DNA of 62,461 bases, counting the filler, from Choristocarpus tenellus KU-1152 (lineage: Eukaryota > Protista > Phaeophyceae), in NCBI GenBank assembly GCA_964200185.2. It is 11 parts of 11 records of this genome, joined end to end, with 100 filler letters (N's around TTAATTAATTAA, not from the genome) between each part and the next. Parts side by side here need not be neighbours in the genome. Positions count along the whole stretch, not along the records: positions 51,833 to 55,844 come from CAXNAD020016675.1; positions 55,945 to 59,596 come from CAXNAD020018717.1; positions 59,697 to 62,461 come from CAXNAD020024939.1; 8 more parts are not named here. One strand, 5' to 3'. The position numbers and the translations under genes are program-made. Positions 51,833 to 62,461 of this stretch are shown here, one piece after another. Each line of letters opens with the position of its first letter. Positions within the stretch are counted from its first letter, which is position 1. The notes beneath the pieces are model-generated. The model was not told where the DNA came from. It did no database searches and saw only the letters and a list, made by a program, of their open reading frames with translations.

Positions 51833-53292
51833 AGCTTCGTGAACCAATCCAGGTCACGGCTCGAAAACACCCCAACTCCTCCCAATGTCGAGCCAAGCAG
51901 GACCGCAGTTAGCCCCGAGTCAGTCTCCCCCATCACACACGCAACCCCCTGTCGGCAGGCACTTGGCAGGAGGCGCATCACAGGCTCATCGAGGTTGCTG
52001 TCCCCTTCAACCCTCCGCTCGGCCTCTCCCCCCCCGCTTCCTTGTGCCCTTTTCAATACAACGGGCTTGCCCTTCCCCTCTTTAGCCTTTGCGAGAGCCA
52101 GAGTCAGCAGTTCGGGGTCATTGGACTCCCCCCCGGAAAAGCCAACTCTGCACGTATGGGTGAGCGGCGGCAGGGGCACCAGGTTTGAGGGATTTGCCAG
52201 TGGCAGAGACCAGGGGCGAGGAGGGTGGGGGATGGGGGTGTGTGTGTGTGTTGCCAATGACCGTGTCGAGGTCCAACGTGATGGATCGATATTAGAGATG
52301 AGGGATGGGAAATGCAAAAATAGACTGCTCAAAATTGGGAACTTTTTTGATTTTTTTTTTCCGGCGAGAAATGAGGGAGAGACTAATAACAGAGCGTCCA
52401 CAAGAAAAAAATAATATATACATATATATATAATATATATTTGTGACCTAACCTACTATCTGATGAACAGTAAAGATCAGTAGGTTCAAAGACCAGCGCC
52501 AGCACAGAAATTGGCAGGAAATCTACACAAAGACCCCTCCCTCACCCAAACAAATGATCCCTCACACGCACCTTGCCAAGATCGCATCCCTGGAGAAGGC
52601 CACTAGGGTACAAGCAGGGGTTAGCTGCAACAGTACATTGGCAGTCCACCTGAGACGTTGCTGCTCCTCACGACTAAGCCTCTTTCCATCCACCACAGAG
52701 ATCTGCCGTGAGCCAGGCAGCAAATGACATTATTTCGACTTACTCAATCTCTGCTTTAACTGGGTGCATTGCCTTGGCAGGCGTTGGTGGCATGAAAGAG
52801 GCGCTCGGGATCCTCTGCACCGCCCAGCCCCGGCCCTATATTCAAAAGAGAAGGGATTCACTTCTATAAATGTTGCTGTGGCAGTCGCCATGCGAGTTGA
52901 ATGACTATCGGGTTAGAAGTCAAGCCTGCTCTCTTGAAGAACATTGCTCATCTAATGACTCTTGGGGGGGGGGGGCATTGCAGTAGACCTTACAACTTGT
53001 ATTTTTCCAAACATGAACGTTATAGATATACATAAGACATACTTAGGTTTGTTCGGTTCTGTCACTGCTGAAGAGGACTACGACAGTGCCTGCAAATACA
53101 CTTCTTGTCAGTCCAAACTGTTTTGGCAGCTAGGTGGTTGCAGAGGTTAGGGCAAGGGCAAGAGGAGCAACCGCTGGCTGCGGGCGCACTTGAGTACAAT
53201 TCAAGAACAATTCAAGTACCAAGACTAGGTAAGCAAGAGGACTGAGGAGGTGGGGAAGGGAGCACCACTGTTTCCTGAGCCCCTCATGTGGA

Positions 53293-53323
<31 letters not shown>

Positions 53324-55641
53324 CCAATCCAAATGTTGCAGCCCAAGAGTTTGATAAGTCCTGAGCTTCCCCCACATGAACGATTGATTGTGCCGCTTGG
53401 GAAAGAGGAGGCTGAGGAGGGGAGGAGGGAGGAAGTCGGCAGTAAGTACTCCATAGACAGATAGGAGGGTGCATTAAACAGAGAGAGTTAGAATATGCAA
53501 GTGGATGCAACCTGAGGGTAATTGCGTAAACAAGTAATGATTATGCTCTAACCCCCCTATCAGCACACTACAACACATAAGTTACACCCTCAATAGGTAG
53601 AAAAAGTGCCATCTCCTTGAAGGCATTGTGTGCCCCAGATTTTAGCCTATGAGGGACCTCAATCAGTCGATCCTCTCCATATTACCCCCACTCTCTGACC
53701 CCCAGCAAGGATCAGACTCTCGATGAAGCTCTCACCTGAGTATTTGAGGCGACCTCCTCATTGCCCAGTATGGTTGCTGAAGTTGCCGAAGAGGCCTCAT
53801 CTAGTGCATCACGCCTCCGCTGTTGGAAAAGATGCAGGAGGAGTAGTGCCAAGGGAAGATACATTGCCATAGTACGATAGTTCAGCACACTTGCTATAGC
53901 TTCCTTGAAAAGGTAATGGCAAGAGGCAGTACACTTAATTTAGGGTTAAGGTTATTGGACTTGCACCAAGATGTGATTGCCCCCGGTACACAAGTTAGAA
54001 AATGTACACCCTAAGGTATTGAACGCACTGGCCCTTTCCGATGCCAAAGCGAAAACTACATTAGAAAAGGAAAGGTGGGGCTATTTTTTACAAGATTGAT
54101 TTTGTCTACAAGATACAGTTGTATAGTACTTCGAAGAATGCAAGTGAGGTCGGAGAGAATTCACATACCAACCCCTAGAAAAAAGGCAGGTGTAGTAGTA
54201 AGGGGGGTGGGAGATGGGGTGGTAGGAATCTTGAGGAGGAGAATAGATCCCATCACAACAGAACAGGGGATGTTCGTTCCATGTTCATCTATCCTGCCAG
54301 TTGTCTCAACCGTGTCCCTTGGTCTTCACACCTACTCTAACCATGACACTCAGGTGATTACTAGAGTTTCTCACTTGCCCCCAACCCGTAACCTTATCCA
54401 CAACAAAACCCCAAAACAAAACACATGAGGTGATTGAGAAATGAACCCTGTTATCTTAATTCCCTTCATTTTCATGCTGCCACCCTCTACTTTCATCCAT
54501 GAACACCTGCAACATAACTCCAATTGCTTCCATCATTCAAGAAAGATCACCCCCCCCCCCTCCTCCTTACCATCTTGAGTGGAGATATAAAATATTTATG
54601 TGAGGGGCAATCCAGTAAAGCACAGGAAAGTAATTCTCAACTACTATAACAAGTGCATTGGAGAGGGGAATGGGGGGATGGCAAAGTAAAACACCTGTAC
54701 CGCCTCCTCCTTCTGCTGATCAAGGAAACCCTGCAATAGAAGCACTAACCCTGCCATGGTGGCAAGCACCTCACTGGAGAGCTGTGAGGGAGACATTGTA
54801 GATGGAGGGGATCCGCCAAGAAGCAGGAGTCCCAAAATAACTCCAGAGAAGACCAATTGGAGCCTTCAGGCATACAACAGATAGCATACAGGTGGAACAC
54901 ATAGAGCACATGAACTTCCGACCAGGTGGTAGGTTGGAGGTTGGTAGAAAAAGGAAATCATGCAGTATGGAATGCAGCACTCATGACCTGTAGGGGTGGT
55001 TAAGGCTGGATGATGGGGATACTGAATGTTGTTGCATTTTCTCAGTTATCTGTCCTAGATAATGCAGGACGGCTAGGTTGGGTGGGTGAGGGGTGCACGA
55101 GTGCATAGTAAAACTGCACCAGTGTGGGACTGACAATACTGCGCAGCAAGGAACAAGACTGGGGCAAGACCCAACACAATCACAGGTTGTCAGATCAGAA
55201 ATGGGGAGGGGAGGAGTTGCTGTTGGTTGTGCTTCTTTCATGGTCTGTTCGCAGCACTCTAGAACTTGCAACCCCAGTTTCTTGCTGCTCCCAATATTTA
55301 AGCTATTGAATCGCTACTCCTAGTTCGACTGATATGACAAGGGTCTAAATTTGGCAGAGGGGGAAACGCAGATGTTCTCGAGACAATGCGACAAGTCTTG
55401 ACAATTCCACTCAGAATGGCATAAATTACTTCTCTAGATGTACCCTCAAAAGTAAGGACGGCAACACTAAGTGTTTTGGCAAGTAGCTATTGTTTTGAAA
55501 TCACTACAAAATCCCTGCGAAAGTCCAGACCTTGAGCCCTGCAAGCCAGGTATGAAGAACCCTCCCCCCCTCTCAATTGCTGCAGATGGGCGCTTGTAGT
55601 AGCTGCTAAGGTTTTTGGTGGGCGGTCCGTTTGTCGCCATT
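51833..55641 (-). CDS. CCB2: Plastid cytochrome b6 heme ci assembly factor, CCB2/CCB4 family, partial; exons 55641-55531, 54863-~54695, 53819-53736, 52702-52572, 52147-51833
   Basis: Phase-consistent exons give FFIPGLQGSR-LQLVFSGVILGLLLL...SQLSSEVLA...QQRLRWTANVLLQLT...FSSRDLDWF. This parallels plant CCB2 motifs (IPG, SQ..SEAL, LAW..YVLL.NT, D.AW). Confidence 0.72.
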
Positions 55642-57915
55642 CTACAAGACAACGAAATGAAGGGAGGGGTATACGAAGGTTTAGTCCAGGTCAAGGCATA
55701 AATGGAGCATTGACTGGTGGGGGTATGCCAACACCTCCGTATTCAGAGATTCTATGCCCACATGAACCGAACAAGGTATCCGAGGGGGTGCCACGAACAG
55801 GGGAGAGACATCCCCCGGGATGCTACTACATCGCTAGTTGAAGANNNNNNNNNNNNNNNNNNNNNNNNNNNNNNNNNNNNNNNNNNNNTTAATTAATTAA
55901 NNNNNNNNNNNNNNNNNNNNNNNNNNNNNNNNNNNNNNNNNNNNACGGTATAACGGTATATGGCATACGAGTAATACGGTATAATAACAGACAAACATGC
56001 TTTCCACAATTGCTTTTGTTTCATATTTTGCTTCGCCTTCTTCACATGGAGCCTTGTGGATTGCAGGTACGTGTCCCATCATGGTAAGCTTGTGGAGAGT
56101 TTTGTAACACTTCACCTTGCTGTCAACCTCCACATGTGAAAGGACATATCCTGCGGATGGACTGGAGTGATATACTCATGTAGGTACCTACCCTCACCGT
56201 CTTCAGAGCACCTGGGCACATTCATGGCTTATTTTGCAGTCCTAGATATGTTTAAGGTGCTTGTGTGGTTATTTGTGCACTCGTGTTTGTCTATGTCTCC
56301 TCCAAGTATTCCAAAGAAGAAAATCTGAAAAAAGTACCTGAATAATTGGTCCCCAAGATTTCGGTTTCGACTGATCTGTGATTTAATCGAATCAAATCGA
56401 TTTAATCACTAGATTCGCAACACTACAGTTTTGTTTTTCCCTGACACATCTACAAACTGTTAATACACATATACACCACACCATGCCACTCAACACCCCT
56501 CCGTAACACTCTCTACCACTCTACAACACTCCACATTCTTCCAAGAAAACTCCCAATCATCCACTTCAATGCCGTGCCTTTGAACTAGAAGACTTCTACC
56601 CCCACCCGAACTTGACCTCCCCCACCCAACATCCCACTCAATCTTGCGCAATCAAGAGGTTAGGTGGGCGGGAAAGATTGCTCAGAGCTTGCCTTGATCT
56701 TGCCCTTTATTGCCCCCCTATACTCCATCCCGAACTTTTACTTCATATTCTGCCCCAGTCCTCCTTCCTACCTTGATTCTCCACTTTCTCCTCAATTCCC
56801 TTTAACTTCTCGATCACATGATGTGCCTCACAACCATCCCATCTTAACGTTTCGTCTACCCTCCTATTCTTCTATCCTTCCCAAGACTCAGCTCATTGTA
56901 CATATTTCCCCTTTTCGAATTCTCACGTTCATACAACTCAGATTACTTCACAAGCTTTCCCTTTGGAGAAAAGATTTTATGTGGAAGTGACCTAAACACC
57001 TCTATTCATGTTTTACCCTTTACGACCCTATAATGACAAATGAGTAGCAATTTGAATAAAACACTACGGTATGGGAATGAGAGCCGTTTGTGGCCGTTGT
57101 GGGCACATTTTTACAGTTTTCAGTTCATTTATTTATTTATTTTTCGTTTGACCAAAGAAATTGTCATAAAACCCCTGTCCCCCACTTTAAAAAAAGAGAG
57201 AACAAGATGCGCAAGATGTATGCTAATGTGTTGGTAAATCTGATACTACAACACAAGTGTGAGAACCAAAAAAGGACAAAGTAAAGATGTAAAGTACCTA
57301 GCAGGCGGATGCTGAGGTGCTACTCATGTGTCTTGGATGCGTTCTACATATACTGTACTTAGGCATCCATGCAGATGTGAAGGTATGCTCATTCTTCTCT
57401 CTTTCGAATTCTTCCTGGTGTTTTTTCTCCCTCAACTTTTTGAGGTCCATCTCTAAACACTGCGATCTCTTCTTTAGGCACTGCTGGGGTCTCACAGCGT
57501 TGACGATTTTTCACGGCTTCAGTAGGGACCACAGGCTCGCTGTTCTCACCAGCTACCCTCTTTCGTCGCTCATCTTCCTCACGAAGCATCATCCTCACGA
57601 AGAATTGTAGTCGCAATAGCCTTTTACCCGTTTTCTCCCTCCGTCGTCAAAGTGGCCTCCATCATGGCGAAGACTTGCTTGACTTTGTCCTCCACCTCTG
57701 CTTTCACTTCCCTTAATTCGATCTCCACCTCGACTTCATTGTTTTGTGGCGATGGTCTCAGAGCGTCACCAGTCACCTGCTTTGCTTTAAGAACAGTCGA
57801 CGCAATAGCAGCAGAGTCCTGCTACACCATCCGTCTAGCATCTCGAACCGCATGAGCTTTGCCTATTATGCTGGTGGTGTCATGCTTCTCTCTGTAGGCT
57901 TCGTTTCTGTTTTGA

Positions 57916-58050
57916 GGGACAAAGTATCTTAGGGGGGGGTGTTGGCGTCCGTTTTTCACTCTCTTTCGAGTTTTCCCTTTTTGGTGTGATTTGGTCGCAC
58001 GTGTCGGATTTGACATGTCAGCAAAAAAAGACTGTTGGTTAGGTTCGTTT
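57916..58050 (+). mobile_element. Terminus of Sola-like element family C
   Basis: GGGACAAAGTATCTTAGGGGG...GGTGTGATTTGGTCGCACGTGTCGGATTTG matches the copy at 24261. Confidence 0.7.
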
Positions 58051-58467
58051 CTGTCCTTGCGTAGTAGATATAACGGGGACGTATGATGCCACCATTTGAT
58101 AATCGGGTTTTGATTGGGGGAGGAGTTTGTACGTTTGCATGTGTCAGATGTCGAGTCTGTTCGAATAGGTCTATTGGTTTTTGTGTGTTGGTTGCGCAGT
58201 TTTATGATGAAGAAGAAGAGGTGTACTTGGGAGGCTATTTCGTTTTTTTTTGGTGTACGACTGGGATTTGGTTTGCACCCAAAGAGGGTTGCCAGTTAGG
58301 ATGTGTTTTGCTGTTGTTTACGAGGAATACAAAAAAATGATTTTGTCTGCTTCGGGGTTGCTCTGTTCGTTGGTTTTTTTGCATTGGTAGTTTATGAAAC
58401 GATCACATAGAGGATTGTTTGTTTGGATGTGTTCACTCCACGTGGGCACGACGAACCAAAACATACG

Positions 58468-58725
58468 GATATAAAGTGTCTGAGGGGATTAAAAAATGTC
58501 TAAATGGGGACCAAACACCAGAATTTTGATTTTGGTGTAAATCTGGCTATCGTGTATGTTAGCAAGTGTCAGTATCGTTCTTCTGGACACACCTTTTTCA
58601 TAACGTATGTATGTTCCTAGTTAAGAACGTTTCAGAGTAGGTAAATGTCATAAGAAAGGCGTTGGAAGTCAAGCACTAAAGGGACAAGCAGGGCAAAATT
58701 CGTGCTTTTTAAGACACTTTCACTC
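58468..58725 (+). mobile_element. MITE family A, diverged
   Basis: Internal homology (GGCTATCGTG...CTGGACACACC). Ends AAGACACTTTCACTC. Confidence 0.75.
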
Positions 58726-59776
58726 TGTTTGTTGCACCGTTTAAGTCTATGACTTCTATTTGTTTGTGTGCGTGTGTTGGATGTTATATGCAGTAAGACG
58801 TGGTTGTTGTCGCCGACGGTGTTAGGGTTGAAGTTGTTGGTACGAGGCACGGCAAAAGGTGTCGACAGAATACTTAGTGTGTACGAGTGGTTATTGGTCA
58901 AATAATGGCTTGTGGTACGTTCTGAGGAAAGTAGTTTGAGGTACACTTCTTCCATAGGTTCTGGGCTGGTGCTGTGGTTAGGGCATCATGGGTGAATTTA
59001 GGCATATGATTCCCTACGATTTGAATGACTACACTTGATCGAAACTAGTTCATCGACAGTTGGGCAAAGAAAGAGGTGGTGTATACAGTATTGAAAAGAA
59101 TAGGGGGAGGGTGCGTGATCATGTACAACGAATAAACAATGGCTCACAGAAGGATAGGGTATTCATCGCTGCCCTTGGCGCAAATCATTTGGGAAGGCTA
59201 GCCGGGCGGATGGAGAAGAGTTGTTTGATCGATGCATTATATTTTAGGGATGTAACATTGCAGCAGACATGCTTTTTAAAACAAATGATAAGACAGGTCT
59301 GATCCTCATCGTGAGTATGATATATGATACGCTGACGACTCTGACCGGTCGTTACGTATATTTTGTTCCACTATCTAAATGCATAACTTGTGGGATGCAA
59401 AGTGCGTGAACATCAGACTCTAACACCATGGAAAGATACACTCATGCATTAATCTGCACAATCTGCAACTCTACCCGTACTTGAACAGAAAACCTGAACG
59501 ACCGAAGCCCTATTTCAATTGCTGGGCGGACTCGAAATTGCATTCGTCACCCTTGTCCCACCACTCTGTGAGCTTAGGGTATGCCTCGACAAGAAGNNNN
59601 NNNNNNNNNNNNNNNNNNNNNNNNNNNNNNNNNNNNNNNNTTAATTAATTAANNNNNNNNNNNNNNNNNNNNNNNNNNNNNNNNNNNNNNNNNNNNTTTT
59701 TTTTTTTTTTGTTTGTTTTTGGTTTTTGTTGTGGTGGGGGGGGGGGGGGGGGGGGGGGGGAGGTGGTTGTGCACTG

Positions 59777-60006
59777 GAGTCAAGGTGTCTTAGAGGATAG
59801 AGGGTATGTTATGGCCACGTCCGTTTGTGGGCCAAAATCCAATGTTACGATTTTGATGTAATTTTAGGCTGTATGTCGTGTTAGTTAGGAAGTGCCAATA
59901 TCCTTGTTCTGGAGACACCTCTTCGTAACATACACATTTGATACCTGCTTTGAAAGATTTTGGACGAAGAGGGTAAAATTTGCACCTTCTAAGACTGCGC
60001 TCACTC
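59777..60006 (+). mobile_element. MITE family A with internal deletion; flanks ACTG/ATTG
   Basis: GAGTCAAGGTGTCTTAGAGG ... CCTTCTAAGAC..TCACTC, with internal homology to other copies. Confidence 0.78.
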
Positions 60007-62461
60007 ATTGGGACAGGATGCTGTGTAGAAGCATACATGTGTATGAGAGAGTTGTGCTATGCAGAAAATCGCCTACACACGATTTAGGAAAAATAGGGGG
60101 GGGAGGGGGGGGGTTGTATTGACTTTAATTCTTTCTCCTTTATTATGCGATTTTTTTTTTAATTGTTAAAGAGACGTCGAGGTCGTAATGGTTGTGATCC
60201 GTTTCGATTTTTTAGAATTGTGTGTTATCATTTTTTATTTTATCTTCGGAGTGCTTGTACGGTGATTGGTTCTCTGATTGATTGCTAATTTATTTATTTA
60301 TTTTTCTACTTCGAATTTTCGTTAGTGTAGACGATGCCACGGGGCGAAAGGGGTCCATCATTTTTTAAATGATGTGGCTGGCGATATCAGTTTGTTCTGC
60401 TGTAATAATCTGTGATATGGGCTTGGTTTTGGAGTTGGTGAAAGGGACCATTCCGACAGTAACGGCAGCAACGAGAAAGGGACGAGAGAGGAGAGGAGAG
60501 GAAATGGAAGGGTTACAGTGGACATGTGTTGTTGTTGTCGTTCTAAATTTTTATTTATATGTATATATATTCTCTATTTTTTTTATTTGGTAATGCTTTT
60601 CTCTTTTAGTGTTTTGGTCTCAGTGTTCTTTTTGTGTGTGTGTGTATGTGTGCTCGAAAGGGAGACAAACAGAAGAACAGAAGTGAAGAAAAAAAATGAT
60701 TTTTTTTTTTTGTTTTTTTGGGTGGCAGTATATATTTTTGCGTTGGTTCTTTGCCCTCGGATCTTTTTGGGGGAGGGAGGATAGTACGCCTCCCAAGTTC
60801 CAATTCTTGATGATTTGTATGCTGAATAGTTGCTTCCTAAGATACTCTTTTCTTGGGAGGGGGGGAGGGGGGGGGAAGGGAGAATTGTTGTAGCACATCG
60901 TCCAACCCCACTCTGTATGAGGATGTGACTGTGACAGTTACGTATGGTAGATGGTTTTGGAACTCCAGTCTTATCGTACCTGAGATGACGTGTACAATTA
61001 ATTTATTTGTTTTTTATCCCTTTTTTATTTTTATTACTGGAGTTTTTTAGCTATGGAGTCAGTCCACTCTTTTTTTTATTCTCATTTTGAGGACGGAGCT
61101 AGCCCCGTGTTGACAATCACACAAGGTATTGCTCATGTGATCGGAGGAAGGCTATTATTGGGGTTATAGTGTGTATGTATATACCCAATGAGTTGAGAGG
61201 GTGATGAGGGCGAAAAAGGGCGTTTGCTGGTTCTCCTTGATTAAGACAGAGCAGTGCATATGCATACAGATTGTCCTTTTTTTAAAATCAATTTAAAAAA
61301 ATAAAATAAAATGTGTTTATTATTTGCATGCAGGGCCGCTTCACAAGCATTCCCTGGGGCACTGGAACAGCACAGTGGAGGGCCTTGCGCAGAATGTTCT
61401 CAAGATGTATATGGAGTTCGACACACACCTGTATGACCGGTGAGAAGAAAAGAAAAAAGAAAATGATCCCTCTCCTCCCCCTTCGATGAACATTGTCAAG
61501 GAGCAAACGGTTCTCGTTTCTTGTGCGATACAGATGTGAAAAAAAGAAAAAGAGAAGAGATTTTTTGAAACAAAAAAAAATAAAATTTTTTTTATTGGTC
61601 TTCTTCTCGGTCTCTGTTCGTTTTTTGTTTCTGAGTTAGGATGAGGAATTAATTCTTACCGGGATTTTTTTAATTTAATTTTTTTTATTTTTTCAGGGTG
61701 ACTGGCGGCGGGGCAGTTCTTTTATTGGATTTTTTTTTTTTGGCTGATTTTTAGTGGAACAGGTGACTGGTTGGTTGGTTGGTGTTGAGAGCAACCATTG
61801 TTTTTTGTTTTTTGTTTTTCATGCCTTTGTTATGCGTTGAGAGCATGGGATGTGTTTCTGAAGGGCATGTCGGGACACCCATATTGCTCCTATGCTTCTC
61901 TGGTGTAAGATGTCCAGGGTGTTGGTGTGACGGCGTTGATTGGTTTTGTAGTGATACATATATATATATATATATATTGAGGATTAGAGAGGGAAATGCG
62001 TTTTATACAAGAAAATGTTAGGCTTTTGTTTGAACAGTCGGTCGGCGACTCTTTTTTTTTTGCCTGTAGGTTTTGGATAAGTGTTCTATTTTTGCCGACG
62101 GGAATTGTGTTCAGACCAATAGAATTGAATTGTTTTGGGGTAAGGATGACGTCACTCACCTCCACCTGACAGCACGCTGGTCCTGACCCCTCCCTTGCAC
62201 GGCTGGCTGGCTGGCTGTCACATGATCGCGAAACATGGCAAATTTACTTTTGTTCTGGACTTGCTTGGTTTTATGCCGTGGCTGATGCTGATATGGTTGG
62301 GGTTGGTTGGGGTGTATATTTTATTATTCATCACGGGTAAATTGCCTGTTTTGTAACGTATTTTTTCTGGGGGGGGGGGGGGGGGGGGGGGGTTGACTAT
62401 TTTTTTTTTTTGGTGGGGGGGGGGGTGGGTGTGGCATGAGGGGGGGGGAGGGGGAGAGGAG

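Noticed and set aside
57298-57850. Charged coiled-coil-like minus-strand ORF fragments
   Set aside because: Interrupted by stops and frameshifts, with no identifiable domain.
58900-59200. Possible Copia RT remnant (FAP..., EEVYLK)
   Set aside because: Only short look-alike motifs; insufficient evidence.

Overview
This is eukaryotic nuclear DNA, not one contiguous locus. It is 11 short contigs joined by artificial N44-TTAATTAATTAA-N44 linkers, so adjacency across linkers carries no meaning. Spliceosomal introns, a plastid cytochrome b6 assembly gene (CCB2/CCB4 family), TTAGGG-type repeats and an FNIP-repeat gene suggest a photosynthetic stramenopile, possibly the brown-algal lineage (inference). 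Host genes reconstructed from GT-AG exons: partial CAF1/POP2 deadenylase (5 exons), partial ARF-like GTPase (2 exons), the last exon of a focadhesin/RST1-like protein, a CCB2-like gene (5 exons), a 625-aa FNIP-repeat protein, and a terminal exon with a phage-like domain. Mobile DNA is dominated by a Sola2-like system: two decayed intron-containing transposases plus three related terminal/MITE families sharing an AAAGTATCT TIR core, with 4-bp TSDs in two of them. Two signals stand out. (1) The FNIP array has a near-invariant 3x22-aa scaffold with a hypervariable dipeptide in every repeat (19 different pairs in 22 repeats), resembling a programmable recognition protein. (2) Telomeric repeats appear to be seeded into introns and transposons: one insertion has a 16-bp target duplication that copies a splice donor, and CCCTAA-derived CTAAC motifs sit at branch-point positions.
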